Part shown: positions 1 to 13,536 of the stretch, piece by piece
Layout: every line of letters starts with the position of its first letter
How positions within the stretch are numbered: the first letter of the stretch is position 1
Assembly (NCBI GenBank): GCA_964016885.1
Contig: CAXHJY010000099.1
Span: 51,511-115,510, forward strand
Length of the DNA stretch: 64,000 nt
Direction: 5' to 3'
DNA from: Eledone cirrhosa
Lineage: Eukaryota
Position numbers and translations under genes: made by a program
Notes under the pieces: generated by a model
What the model was told of the DNA's origin: nothing
The model's input: the letters and a program-made list of their open reading frames with translations, nothing else
Database searches by the model: none

Positions 1-400
1 ATCCCAACTGAAGCTTACCGGCCTCGACTGTAACGGTAAGGAGCTAGACACCCGAGGAAAGTAAATATCTAATCTAAGGCACCATGTGCTACGTCATATA
101 CTCCAACTTCCTCTTTGTCGCTTCAGTCAAAAATCCAGGCACTGTCGTCCGTAACGCAGAAGAGCTAAATATATCCAAACACCAGGGCTTCACGGCCCGC
201 TTCCTTTTTATGTCAGTAGCCATCGAGACTTCTGGTTTCCTCGATCCCCGGAATGCCATTTTCCTCCGCAAAATTAGGAGGAGTGCATCCCACCTCAAGA
301 AGAGACTTTCGTGAGATAAAGTGGCTGATGGAGCGAGTGTCACTAGTTGTTCTTTGTGGCAGTGCTTTCGGCATCTTGTTCGCAGAGCGCAGCTAAGTTA
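1..400 (+). mobile_element. Decayed 3' end of a CRE-like non-LTR retrotransposon (restriction-like endonuclease domain)
   Basis: Translation gives ...PGTVVRNAEELNISKHQ..FLFMSVAIETSG..FLRKI..KWLMERVSLVVLCGSAFGIL, resembling the AE..K..KY / PVAIETSG / LLERISLAVVRGNA pattern of CRE-type REL domains; frameshifted; T-rich tail and AATAAA near 522 follow. Confidence 0.65.
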
Positions 401-704
401 CACCGCCTAGACAGGAGTGTAAATTTTGTCCCTCCCACTTTTCCCCCTTCTATATTTTTTCTTATTTATTTTTATTCTTTTAAGTTTCTCTCCTCCTGTT
501 TATTAAGCGAAATACTTATGTAAATAAAATGTGTTTATGTCGATAAAACAGTATGAGAATAGAGTTTTTTAGCTTCTATTTATCTGGAAGTATTACTACA
601 ATCACATATGCTATATAAAGCATACAATTCAAAGTTGTTGTTAACATCACAATGATTAGAAATATTAATTCAAAATTAACAGGATAGGCCACAGTCAATT
701 ATGA

Positions 705-825
705 GAATGGTGATGATGATGGTGATGATGGTGATTATTATGATTATGATTATGATGATGATGGTGGCTATGATGATAATGTGGGTGAGGAAGAGGAGAA
801 GTGGAGGAGGATGGAGGTGGTGGTT
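705..825. repeat. (GAT/GGT/GAG)n low-complexity trinucleotide tract
   Basis: Direct reading. Confidence 0.9.
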
Positions 826-1137
826 TTATGTTGGTTCTTTACAGATATATGAAAAATTATAGCTGTGAAGAAGATTTTCAAATCCCTTCTTAAAATGGAC
901 TTGGTTGACTGTCCCTATGTTTGTCTTAATCTTAATCCAAAATATTCAGTGATACAATAAACCGAACAACAGAATATTTCAAAGAATAAAAATACTAAAA
1001 TAGAAATGGATCAAAATGACAAACTATTTTGGGTGCTGCTTTTGTATAAACGAACTCACTATATTAAATCTTATGAGATTAATACCAAGTACAAGAGAAC
1101 TGAATTAGTTTCGGAATGGTGTGTGAATCCATGTACA

Positions 1138-1140
<3 letters not shown>

Positions 1141-1216
<76 letters not shown>
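1141..1216. repeat. (TA)n microsatellite
   Basis: Direct reading. Confidence 0.98.
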
Positions 1217-1219
<3 letters not shown>

Positions 1220-1691
1220 TATGTGTATCTATAAATTTATATGTATATATACATTATGCATACACAGAAGTATGGCAATATGTATATGTGTATACACACA
1301 CATACACAAACATATGTGTCTATGTATGTGAGCTTCATGTATATATGTAAGATTCACGTTTAAAATCCTTAGTATCTTCACACACACACACACACGTAAA
1401 AGCATGCACATCTAAAGATAGAAAAATACATATAGAAATTAAATGAAACATTAAATCATAGAATCACACACTGAAGAAAACATACATAAAATAAATTCTT
1501 ACACAAAGTTATACATACTTAAATATTCTCTCTCAGCCATATGCAAATAGGCACCAAAAAATAGTGCATTGAGATATTCAAATATGAAACACAAGATACA
1601 GGCATGCACTCATACAGGGATACACAGATATACGCATTCACATATATACACACTAACATCAACTTAACATATACTAACAAAATTATTATAT

Positions 1692-2215
1692 GCTTCTTCT
1701 TTGCTCACTTACTCCTGGCAAGGTCGGAGGGGCAGAGTTCTCAAACACCTCTTCCAGCGGGTGCTGTCAGAGGTCACCGTCTTCAATTGATCTGGCTGGA
1801 TCACCAAGTGAGACCAGCTGAGCGAATGGATGTTATTCAACCTTCTTTCTCGGGATCAACCCCTGTGTCTCCTTCCAGTTGGTTTTGCCCGTAAAATCTG
1901 TCCAGCGATTCTTTCCTGAGACATCCTAACCACATACCGTAATATCGGAGCTATGATCTCTCAATTCGGGGAAGTAGCGGCTATACCTGGAGTGATTCTC
2001 CGATCTCTATCGAGTAACGTTACTCCAAAGACCGTTCGGAAAAACCATTTCGAGCGTGTGTATTCGCAATTGTATTCTTTCGGTCATTACCCAAGATTCA
2101 TGACCATAGGTAAAGGTTGACAAGAATACCGAATTGAAGTTAGCGAGCTTGGCTTTTACACCTACTTCCCGTCTTCTGATGACCGAATGCTGAAGCTGGC
2201 GCATTAATACACCAG
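1692..2215 (-). mobile_element. RTE-clade LINE, 3' terminal part (post-RT region plus GAA-type tail)
   Basis: ORF 2007-2219(-) ...KAKLANFNSVFLSTFTYGHESWVMTER..LEM matches the RTE TYGxExW motif; ends in aaagaagaagc on the minus strand. Confidence 0.8.
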
Positions 2216-4060
2216 CCAAGTTCCGTGGTTCTGTTAATGTAGATTTGGATGGAAGATAGAAACTCCACTATTTAGATGTGGCGCCAGAATTGACTGCACA
2301 GGCGGGAGTGGAGATACTAACAAGCCCCCAACTGTCCAAATGTGTTATGGACTGAATTTCATTGGGTAAGAGGATTTGCCTCTATAGACTAAAAGATAGG
2401 TCTCTGTGGGTGGTGCATGTTTATGCACCAAATAAAATGCCTGAATACAGATCGTTCCTTGATGAAATCACTGCAGCCTTATATGTAGTTAATACTGAGT
2501 CATATAACTTGATGGGAGACTTAAATGCACATGTTGAACATGACTATCTGGCATGGAAATGAGTGATTGGAAAGAGCAGCGATCCCAATTTAAATACGAA
2601 TGAAGAAGCCTTATTAGACTTCTGTTCTAGTAATATGCCCTCTGTTATGAACACGTTCCGGTGCAAAGACATCCATAAATACGCCTGGTATAAGGAGATC
2701 AAGGACAGAGATCAATAACTGATTTGCTTATCGTCTATGATCTCTTCAATTCTGTGTTGAATGTTCGTGTTAAGAGAAGTACTGAGCTGCCAACTGATCA
2801 CTATCTAGTTATCTGTAATTTGAAACTACCTAATGCCAAAGAAGCCCACCAAACTAGCAGGGCCAGGTCGACTTACAGGATAAAGTCGAAAGCTTTGGTG
2901 GATAAGGAAGTCGAGATCAGGTATGTGGATACTATTGCATTCATATTCAGAGAACTCTCTGAGCAAACTGACGGCGTTGAAACAGAGTAGAGACTGTTTA
3001 AATCGACAGTTTTTGCTTCAGCTTTTAAATGCTGCGGGTGAAAGTGGTTTGATGAGGCACTGAGTGGCAGGAGAACGCCTTGTTTCATTCAAGAAGTCAA
3101 CGATGCTATCCGAGCAAAGAAATAGGCCTACGAAACCTGGTTTGGAAATAAGTCCTATTCTTGCACTTGCGGTGCAAGCATGTGCGAAAAGTTGCAGCAG
3201 AGATTGTAAATGCGTCCAAAGTTAAGACATGGGAAGACTTTAGCGTTAAGCTGGAATCCCACTTCAGACCAGCAAATAAAGTGTTATGGCAGACCATCCG
3301 CCGACTTTGTAATAAGAAGTCTTCCTCCACACCTGCTATCAGGAGCGCATCTGGGTTCTCCTCCCTTCTGAGAGGTGCATGCTCGCGAGGTGGAAAGAAT
3401 ACTTTGCCGATCTCCTAAACCCGGTCCCAAAAGCATCTGATGTACACGAGGTGCATCTGGGAGCAATGCCTAACCTCTCAGAAGCTGAGGTCACAAGAGC
3501 AATTAAAGAGCTGAAATGTGGCAAGGCCGCTGGGGGGATAAATTCGATCCGTGATGTTAAAAACCTTAAATAGAGAAAATATTCTCTGGCTGACTCATGT
3601 GTGCCGTGTGACCTGGATCTTTGGAAAGGCTGCTAAACAATGGCAATCAGGAGTGATAGAGACACAAGAGATATTGCTCCAATTATAGAGGGATCTCCTT
3701 GTTAAACCTTCCGGTAAAGTCTATACTAAGTGTCTATACTAAGATAACTAATGAGCAGTGTGGTTTTCACCCGGGATGCAGCATAGCCAACAAAATATTC
3801 ACATTGCAGCAGGTCTTTGAGAAATCGTAGGAGTGCTGCCAAGGGTGTATACTTTCTTTCTAGACATCGAAAAGGTTACGATCGCGTTCCACAGGATTTG
3901 CTGAGGAAGGTTCTGCAGAAATCGATGGGCATCTTCTTGTGGCCTTAAATGCCCTAATACTTGCGATTGAATAAATGATGCTAAATCGAAACCATTCAAT
4001 GTGGGAGTCGGACTCCGCCAAGGATGCGTACTATCACCTCTCCTGTTCATTATCTTTATG
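2216..4060 (+). mobile_element. RTE-clade LINE, APE endonuclease plus N-terminal half of RT, decayed
   Basis: Motifs VYAPN, MGDLNAHV, TDHYLV, KCGKAAG, NYRGISLL, EQCGF, GLRQGCVLSPLLFIIFM across frameshifted ORFs. Confidence 0.85.
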
Positions 4061-4410
4061 GGTCTGAGAAAAGTACTAGATTGGTGACTGGCGCTATTAA
4101 GACTATCGAAAACACTGCAATATGGCTAGACACAATAAAGACAGTTATGCGGTATAGTCCTTCGAAAAATATATCCCAGTCTCCATCTCATGCTGTGAAA
4201 ACTGGAGATAGGTCTGCGATGTATGGAATGGACGCACAAAGATTGCTTATCCCGAGACCCCAAATAGGGTTCGGAAGGGAAAAACTGTAACCATTGGAAC
4301 CTGGAACATGACAACCCTTACAGATAAGGAGCAAGAACTTGTGGATGAGGCTAGATGCTAACGGATAGATATAGTCGGTGTTTCCTCAGCAAAGTGGCTC
4401 TGGTACTGTA
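4061..4410 (+). mobile_element. RTE-clade LINE 5' region and start of the endonuclease
   Basis: TIGTWNMTTLTDKEQELVDE..IDIVGVS matches the APE N-terminal GTWNV motif. Confidence 0.7.
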
Positions 4411-6081
4411 CATTTATAATGATAAAATAATCTAAATCTACAACTATGAATTCAAAGGAATTGTGAAATATATTCATAGATTATTGTAGACTATATTAAT
4501 TGCTGTGGACCATGAAGTAAGTTTCTTGTAATCCGGTTTTAATTATTGGTTGACTCCTAATTCTTATAGCTCAAAAGAGTCACCTTGCTTATTTAGGACT
4601 TTGAACATATAATGATGAAAACGTTCGGCGACTTGCACTCTTGAACTATAGTTCCTACTTAGTCTTATCGAGTTTTAAATGACCATACGTACGAATAGGG
4701 CCCACGAAATGGAATGGCTCTTTTAGTGCATCACCCTCTTCGGTCTAACGCATTTGCCATTTTGACCGCCAGATCCATAGGGCGTCTTGTCACCTAGGTA
4801 CCTACTCAATTACCCAGACTAAGAATCATAATAGCAGAAGCATGAAATACAAAGATGACCAGGGTAAAATATGAAGTGAAATAAGATAATAACAGATGTA
4901 ACTAAAGAGCCTTTTATTTGCCGATGAAATACAAATGCTGAATTCTATATAATAAACAGCATTCTTTCTCCTACAGTTTCTGTGTTAGAAATCACTATTT
5001 CACTTAAAATGCTAGAAATATCAACCAAAACAAAACAACACATATCACTCTCTATTATCTTAGAAAAGGAAAAGCATTTTGCATAATGTAATTTTAAATA
5101 CAATGCATGATTACGAATTGCTCTACAATTATGAGGCTCCGAGTTCCATCCTATGCCGTAGCATCTTGGACAAATGTCTTTTACCATAACCTCAGGTTGG
5201 ACCAAACTCGTGGATGAAACTGGGTAGAAGAAAACTGCATATGCTTGTTTAGTGAATTGCAATCAAAGATCAAGCTTTGTCACATGGTCACACTGATTCT
5301 GAAAGTTTTGCACGTTAATTAAAAGTGTAATGTTCAAATGTTTAAAAAATGAATGAATGTTCATCGCCAAAACTGGTGGGGGAGGGCTCAATAATGAAAA
5401 AGAGATACGATTGTCACCGCTAAAACTCTTTCAGTCAGTGCATAGGTTTGATGCATCACAGATTACATGGGGAACAACAACATAGTTACTTTCTCGTAAA
5501 ATAAAAAGTTAGCTTCTGGCCTAGCGATTTCAGTGGGAGTAGGTTGGATCGTAACCATTTCTCTTCACTTTCTTCACTGTGACTGAAGCTTACTATCACT
5601 AGAAAACGTTTCTTCAGAATTCCATTTTCTCTCACAGAATATAGACACCGTACTAAATATATTGCAGAATTTGATCTGGTACCTATAAATGCTGTTTAGC
5701 ACCAGGCCAGAAGTAACCGAGAGGAACTATGATGAAAGGTATTTCAAACATGACCACTCCTGTTTTTGCCTCGGATACTGCAGATCTAACACTATATTAT
5801 CCAATGTGATAATGTAGTCTTAGTGTAGTTCAATATATAAAACTACATCATATATAATGTATTCAAATAGCAAATATAGAAAAATAATGTATTCAATTAC
5901 CCATGTAGTCCTACATACTATAGACCAATATCTAATGTGATTTGATATCTAAGATCACATTATTGAATCCAATGCATGTTTAACACAATCTCTTTTCAAT
6001 ATGGCAATGTACCATCTGAAATAGATTTAGTGACTATTTCCAATAGGCTGAGAGGTGTAATATAATCGCAATTCTTAAACT

Positions 6082-6128
6082 GAAGAAGAAGAAGAAGAAG
6101 AAGAAGAAGAAGAAGAAGAAGAAGAAGA
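6082..6128. repeat. (GAA)n microsatellite just inside the intron after the integrin exon
   Basis: Direct reading. Confidence 0.97.
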
Positions 6129-6147
6129 CAATCCTTGGTGTTCTTAC

Positions 6148-6326
6148 CGACTTTTGTTCGCATGTATCTGTAATCCAACAGAGTATCCAAAGTATGAATT
6201 CCGATCTCCATTAAAGATAATCGGTGACCTGATGTCTAAATTGAAAGGGACTACAGGCTGTAGTAGGTGTATTAGCACAAATATTAAGTGGTAGATGAAA
6301 TAGTAAAGACCCATGCCACTTTCCAT
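6148..6326 (-). CDS. Integrin alpha subunit, first coding exon (signal peptide plus start of the beta-propeller); exon spans 6148-6334
   Basis: MESGMGLYYFIYHLIFVLIHLLQPVVP-FNLDIRSPIIFNGDRNSYFGYSV: hydrophobic signal peptide, the FNLD mature N-terminus and the SYFGYSV FG-GAP motif typical of integrin alpha chains; acceptor ttgcag ends at 6335, donor gtaag starts at 6147 (phase 2); no further coding exons recognised in the window. Confidence 0.88.
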
Positions 6327-6559
6327 GTTAAATCCTGCAACGATAACAATAACAATAAATTAATTAACAAAATAAAGATTTAACTTTTTCTTGGTAGAAA
6401 AGATGAGAATTTTTTTATTTTTCAGTTTCGACTGAACAACAAGACGCTGAACCTAATGTGCAACGACCCGAGGCTATAGCAAATAACCTTGGCCAAGATG
6501 CCACGCAATGTGACCGATCTAGAGACCTTGTGATTGCGAAGCGAACCTCTCAAATATTA

Positions 6560-7090
6560 GAGCATTTTGCATCCACTAAGATAAATAGAAATAACAGAAT
6601 CATCTTCCAGTATTTTGTTACAGCTCTTAATTTTATGAGTTCAAATCCTGCCGTGGTTCACTGTACCTTTAATATTTCTGGGTGTCAACAAAATAAAGAA
6701 CCAATAGAGTACTGAGGTGGATTTTCTTTATCACTTCCACCCACTAAAATCTCTGTCCTTGTGCCTAAGTCGATACGTCACATTACGTTCTGAATTCAAA
6801 TCTCACTGATATTAACTTTGCCTTTATCTTTCCCGGGTTCGATGAAAATACGTACCCATCAAGTATTGTAATCGATATAATTGATTATTCCTTCTCTTAA
6901 AATGTGTAACTTTATTCTAATATTAAAAAATCATTATTAACATTGTGGAGTAGCAGATTCATTAGACAAAATGCTTTGCAGTATTTAGTCACAGTCCTTT
7001 ACGTTCTCATTCAAATCTAACCAGGATCAACTCTGTCTTTTATCCTTCTGGGGTCGATAAAATAAAGTACCAGTGAAGTACTGCAGCTTA
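6560..7090 (+). mobile_element. Cluster of degraded tRNA-derived SINE copies (family A, older)
   Basis: Repeated gagttcaaat..actttgcctt..gtcgataaaataaagtaccagt motifs. Confidence 0.7.
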
Positions 7091-7734
7091 TATTGTTGAC
7101 TGTGGGTGTTTTTACTATTTTTCTCCTCTACGTCGTGACCTCAAGCTCCACTTCAGCCGACCATACTTTTTATATGTCAGTTATGTACTATAGAATATAT
7201 TTAATTGACTTCCACCACCATCACCACCACTACATAGGATATATAAATTTGTTCCCTAATGAATAAGGAATCATAGCAATTGTAGCCGCTTAGCACCGAG
7301 TCTACCCAGATAGAGCAGACCTATGATCAAAGGCGTTCCAGTAGTGACTATAACGTCATTTTGCATATCAGGAACTACATTGTCCAATGCGCCCTTTCTT
7401 TTGGGGGTGCTTCTTAGAGGCTCCTCTGTTGGCTCAAGAAACATTATTTTTCTGATACTATCAAACTATAATAAATTTTAAAATACATATAGTTCGTAAT
7501 TTACATATGCGTCATACATTTTTAAAAAGCCTGGAAAACCTCTTGATGAAGCAATTTATTTTACATCATGTTATGAATGCTATCACACACATATTATGAA
7601 TACCAGCACAGTTTGTTGTAAATACTAGTTTACAAAGAACTGTGTGATTATTTGGTAAGATTTATTTATTAAATACAAAGTAAGAGTTAATTTGTATATA
7701 AACATCAGTAAGAATGTTTGGTTGTGATAACCCT

Positions 7735-8055
7735 TCTCTATACCAAGTAACACCAAACTCTCCTCTTCTCTATATCTACTACATGGAACTCTCTTCCAAT
7801 CCCCCTCTCTATATCGATTAACACTAAAACCTACCCCTCTCTATATCTGCTACAAGAAACTTTCTTCAAATACCACTCTTTTTATCAATTAACACCAAAT
7901 GCTCCCCTCTCTATATCTACTATATGTAACTCTCTCCTAACCCCTCTCTCACTATCAATTAACACCAAGCTCTATCTCCTATCTATATCTACCATACAAC
8001 ACTCTCTCTCATTCCCTCTCACTATATGCATCAACACCAAACTCTACCCCTCTCT
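7735..8055. repeat. Minisatellite, about 4 diverged units of about 75-77 bp
   Basis: Recurring aacaccaaactct..ctctatatctact motif near 7750, 7820, 7890, 7960 and 8033. Confidence 0.8.
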
Positions 8056-8478
8056 AGAACGAGTGTAAAGCATTAGAGACATTAACAGAAAAAAATAACA
8101 GAAAAATGTCATTATATATTTCAAAAATACAAAAAAGATCGCTGACCTTCGAAAAACTATCGACCATGTGACAAGACTTATCCCATGCAAACAAAGACAA
8201 TGAAGATACACTCCTCACCAACAAAGAGTGACGAATAAAATGGAAATGATGTTTGAACAAACAGAATTCTTTAATACATTATGAAACAGTATTAGTGGAA
8301 TGTTCCAGTCAAAACCCCAATGAAATGCACTAATACATACATAGTCAGTCAACGCGATGAGTCGCATATTTTGGAATAAGAGACTATTCATTAAATTTAA
8401 GATGAATTCTATCTCCGACAGTAATGCCACAACTACCAGTCATGTTGAATAATTGGTTATTCTTCTAACTATATCTAC

Positions 8479-10236
8479 TGACCTGGTTACAACGTTCTCA
8501 AAGGATATAAGAATGGAGTTTGGCCAAGATAAATGCTCATACATGACTGTAAAGCGGGGAAAAACAACAACCCAATCTAGCAACATTGTCATCAATGGCC
8601 TAACTGTTTCACCGATATCTGATGAGGACTGCTACAGATACCTGGGGATAGATGAGAACATATCCTATAATGGTATCTGTAATAAAGAACGCGTAACCAG
8701 GGAATACTACACCCGATTAAGAAAGATCTGGTCATCGGAACTCTCTGCGGAAAACAAAACAGTGACTCACAATGTGTTTGCTGTGCCTGTCCTAACACCA
8801 ACGTTTGGAATACTCAATTGGACGATAGACGAAATCCGAGCAGTTGATGTTGGAACTCGAAAAATACTGAACAACACCGGATACTTCCACATCAACAGTG
8901 ACATAGACCGCCTTTACTTGAAACGTAAGCAGGGAGGCAGAGGCCTAACATCAGTCCAGACAACATTTGAATGTCGCATCATATCTCTCCAACAACATCT
9001 ACGAACCACGAAGCGTAGGAGCCTGTTTCTCGAGCAAGTCTATCTGCATGAAACAGATAAGATCATGAGAGTTGGGAAGGAACTCCTTGAGAGATATTCC
9101 CTGTGTTATAATCAAAAACTCACACCCAAGGATGTCGCTCAGCAGTATCGCAGTGAATCCATGGATGAAAAACTGCATGCCTATCAGCAAAAAATCATAC
9201 ATGGATATGTTGCCAGGAAGCTCCAGAGTGAGAGTAATATAGATAAGGAAAGTAGTCTATCTTTGACCAACAACCGCTATATTGGCTCCCACTTTGAAGG
9301 ATACGCTTTTGCAATCCAGGAACAGGAGATTAGCACGAAATACCTGATTCACAAAAGAGATAGGGATGCAGGCAAAACACCTAGATGTGATAACAAGTGC
9401 AGACTCTACAGAACTAACATCGAGGATATCACCCATGTCATCAGCAGCTGTCCAAAGATGTCATCGCGGTACTATCTACCTATGAGGCATGATGTAGTGG
9501 CCAAAACACTGTACAATGATGTTCGTAAAAACGATAGCCCCGATAATAAACACATTAAAAGCTACAACAATGTGGAAGACATCCATGTACATAATATGAA
9601 AGAGTACTGGTGGAATGTTCCAGTAAAAACCCCAATAAAATGCAGGCATAACAGACCAGATATTATGATATGGAGCAGGGAGAAGTAAGCATGCACAGTA
9701 GTGGAAATTAGCTGCCCAGCAGATCCCAATATAATATCAAAGATTAGTGAAAAGGAGAATATTTATGCAGAACTGATGAGAAATCTGCAGATACTCCACA
9801 CTGATTACACCTTCAGATTTATGCCTGTGATTATTGGGGCACTGGGATATGTTAGTAACTGCCTCAATACAAATCTTGAGAAGCTAGGCCTCACAGGAAC
9901 AGAAAGAACACAACTAGTTAGGAAATTACAAGTACAATCCATTAATAGAACAGTAAAAGTATGTAAGACATTCCAAAGATTTTGCAACTAATAACTGCAT
10001 ATACACAAGTACAGATGCAAAGCATATACACATGCACACATACAACTCAAAACATACACATCCACACATACAATAACATCCATATCTACACATGCATGCA
10101 TACATACATACCTACCTAGTTGATGTTGTGTAAATTCCAATGAGAGAGTCTTGTGTCTATGTTAGAAACCGACTCTCTCTCTCTATTGGTAAAACTTTGT
10201 GAAATTATAAAACCAGAACATACATACATACATACA
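8479..10236 (+). mobile_element. R4/Dong-clade non-LTR retrotransposon copy 1, 5'-truncated
   Basis: ORFs 8453-9688 and 9701-9991: RT C-terminus (YRYLGI, RLYLKRKQGGRGL), CCHC finger (CRL..THVISSC), RHD, RPD..EISCP REL nuclease; 3' UTR and (CATA)n tail. Confidence 0.92.
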
Positions 10237-12608
10237 GCCTGCCTGCTTGAACCTATTTCTCCAAGATCACTGTGAAAATAATAACATCATCACAGATGAA
10301 CAAGCAGCTGGAAATAAAGGGGTTTGGGAATCTGCTGAACAACTCCTAATCAACAAAACTGCGATGTCGGAGGTGCGACAACTCAGGAGGAATATGACTA
10401 CAGTCTGGCTGGTCTACAGGAAAGCTTTTGATTCTGTTCCCCACTCTTGGATGATAGAGGCCCTCCAACTTACTAAAGTCCCAGACATTATTGTCAGAGC
10501 CATAGAGAGGCTATATTCTTCTTGGGCTACTATCCTAAGGTTAAAGACAGAGAGGGAGGACTCTATTTTCACTGATAAAATAAATATTGCAGGGGTATAT
10601 TTCAGGTGGACAGTCTCTCTGTGATATTATTCATCTTGTCATTAAACCCTTATTCTTTCTGCTCAAGAAATGTGAGGGATACATCATTGGCTCACAGGAG
10701 GACAGAAATACAAACCTAACTCATAATTTCTTTGTGGACGATCTGAAACTCTATGCCAAGAACATGGATAGGATGAAGAAAATTCTTGACCTGGTTACAA
10801 CGTTCTCAAAGGATATAGGAATGGAGTTTGGCCAAGATAAATGCTCATACATGACTGTAAAGCGGGGAAAAACAACAACTCAATCTAGCAACTTTGTCAT
10901 CAATGGCCTAACTGTTTCACCGATATCTGATGAGGACTTCTACAGATACCTGGGGATAGATGAGAACATATCCTATAATGGTATCTGTAATAAAGAACGC
11001 GTAACCAGGGAATACTACACCCGATTAAGTAAAATCTGGTCATCGGAACTCTCTGCTGAAAACAAAACAGTGACTCACAATGTGTTTGCTGTGCCTGTCC
11101 TAACACCAACGTTTGGAATACTCAATTGGACGATAGACGGAATCCGAGCAGTTGATGTTGGAACTCGAAAAATACTGAACAACACCAGAAACTTCCACAT
11201 CAACAGGGACATAGACCGCCTTTACTTGAAACGTAAGCAGGGAGGCAGAGGCCTAACACCAGTCCAGACAACATTTGAATATCGCATCATATCTCTCCGA
11301 CATCTGCGAACCTCGAAGCGTAGGAGCCCGTTTCTCGAGCAAGTCTATCTGCATGAAACAGATAAGATCATGAGAGTTGGGAAGGAACTCCTCGAGAGAT
11401 ATTCCCTGTGTGATAATCAAAAACTCACACTCAGGGATGTCGCTCAGCAGTATCGCAGTGAATCCAAGGATGAAAAACTGCATGCCTATCAGCAAAAAAT
11501 CATGCATGGATATGTTGCCAGGAAGTTCCAGAGTGAGAGTAATATAGATAAGGAAAGTAGTCTATCTTGGACCAACAACCGCTATATTGGCTCCCACTTT
11601 GAAGGATACGCTTTTGCAATCCAGGAACAGGAGATTAGCACGAAACACCTGATTCACAAGAGAGATAGGGATGCAGGCAAAATACCTAGATGTGATAACA
11701 AGTGCAGACTCTGCAGAACTAACATCGAGGATATCACCCATGTCATCAGCAGCTGTCCAAAGATGTCATCGCGGTACTATCTACCTATGAGGCATGATGT
11801 AGTGGCCAAAACACTGTACAATGATGTTCGTAAAAAAGATAACCCCGATAATAAACACATTAAAAGCTACAGCAATGTGGAAGACATCCATGTACATAAT
11901 ATGAAAGAGTACTGGTGGAATGTTCCAGTAAAAACCCCAATAAAATGCAAGCATAACAGACCAGATATTATGATATGGGACAGGGAGAAGTAAGCATGCA
12001 CAGTAGTGGAAATTAGCTGCCCAGCAGATGCCAATATAATATCAAAGATTAATGAAAAGGAGAACATTTATGCAGAACTGATGAGAAATCTGCAGATACT
12101 CCACCCTGATTACACCTTCAGATTTATGCCTGTGATTATTGGTGCACTGGGATATGTTAGTAATTGCCTCAATACAAATCTTGAGAAGCTAGGCCTCACA
12201 GGAACAGAAAGAACACAACTAGTTAGGAAATTACAAGTACAATCCATTAATGGAACAGTAAAAGTATGTAAGACATTCCCAAAATGTTGCATCTAATAAC
12301 TGCATATACACATGTACACATGCACACATACAACTCAAAACATACACATCCACACATACAATAACATCCATATCTACACATGCATGCAGACATACATACA
12401 TATCTACCTAGTTGATGTTGTGTAAATTCCAATGAGAGAGTTTTGTGTCTATGTTAGAAACTGGCTCTCTCTCTATTGGTAAAACTTTGTGAAATTATAA
12501 AACCAGAAGAACATACATACATACATACATACATACATACATACATACATACATACATACATACATACATACATACATACATACATACATACATACATAC
12601 ATACATAC
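10237..12608 (+). mobile_element. R4/Dong-clade retrotransposon copy 2, 5'-truncated within RT
   Basis: KAFDSVPH, FVDDLKLY, CRLC..H..C, RHD and RPD motifs; very similar to copy 1; long (CATA)n tail 12511-12608. Confidence 0.93.
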
Positions 12609-13440
12609 GAGCCATTGATGCTAAAACCCAGACATTTCAACATCAACAGTAACGTAGACTGCCTCTACCTAAAACATAAACAGCATTCGAGTGTCACATC
12701 ATATCCCCCCCCCCCCCCCCCCCCCCCCCGACAACATCTACGACCCACCAAGCGTAGAAGCCATAGAAGATGTCTGTCTATATGAGGCAGATAACATCAT
12801 GAGTGTTGGTAAGGATTTCCTTCAAAAATACTCCTTGCATGATAACCAAAAACTCCCACACATGAAAATTGCTCAACAATACTGCAACAAATCCATGGAT
12901 GAAAAGCAGCATGCACATCAGCAAAAAATCATGCATGGATAGTTGCCAAAAAGCTTCAAAGTAAGAGTAATATAGATAAGTAAAGTAGTCTATCTTGGAC
13001 CAACAACCGGTGTATTAGCTCTCACTTTGAAGGATATGGTTTTTGAATCCAAGAACAAGAAATAACAACGAAATATGTAGTACACAAAAGAGAAGGGGAA
13101 ACAGGCGATGTGATGTGCTAACAGATGCAGACTTTGCGAAATAAACGTCGAAGATGTTACCAATATCATAAGCAGCTATCCAAAGACGCCATCACAATAC
13201 TATCTACTTATAAGGCATGGTTTAGTGGCCAAAAATACAAATCTTGAGAAGCTGGGCTTCACAGAACCAGAAATTGCACGGCTAGTTCGGAAGCTGCAAG
13301 TACAATCCGTTAATGGAACTGTAAAAATATGTCAAACATTTCAGAAATTCTGCATATAATAACTTTATACGCACACGTGTATAAATACAGAAACGTATGC
13401 ACGTGTACACATAACTCAAAACATACAGATCCACACATGC

Positions 13441-13536
<96 letters not shown>

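Noticed and set aside
1-6147. Downstream integrin exons (LLVGAP-type motifs)
   Set aside because: None found by eye on the minus strand; presumably beyond the window start
7735-8055. Regularly spaced repeats as a possible CRISPR array
   Set aside because: The intervening segments are also homologous (tandem minisatellite); eukaryotic context, no cas genes
9686-9700. Programmed stop-codon readthrough in the Dong ORF
   Set aside because: Copy 3 has a sense codon at this position and the context TAA-GCA is not a recognised readthrough signal
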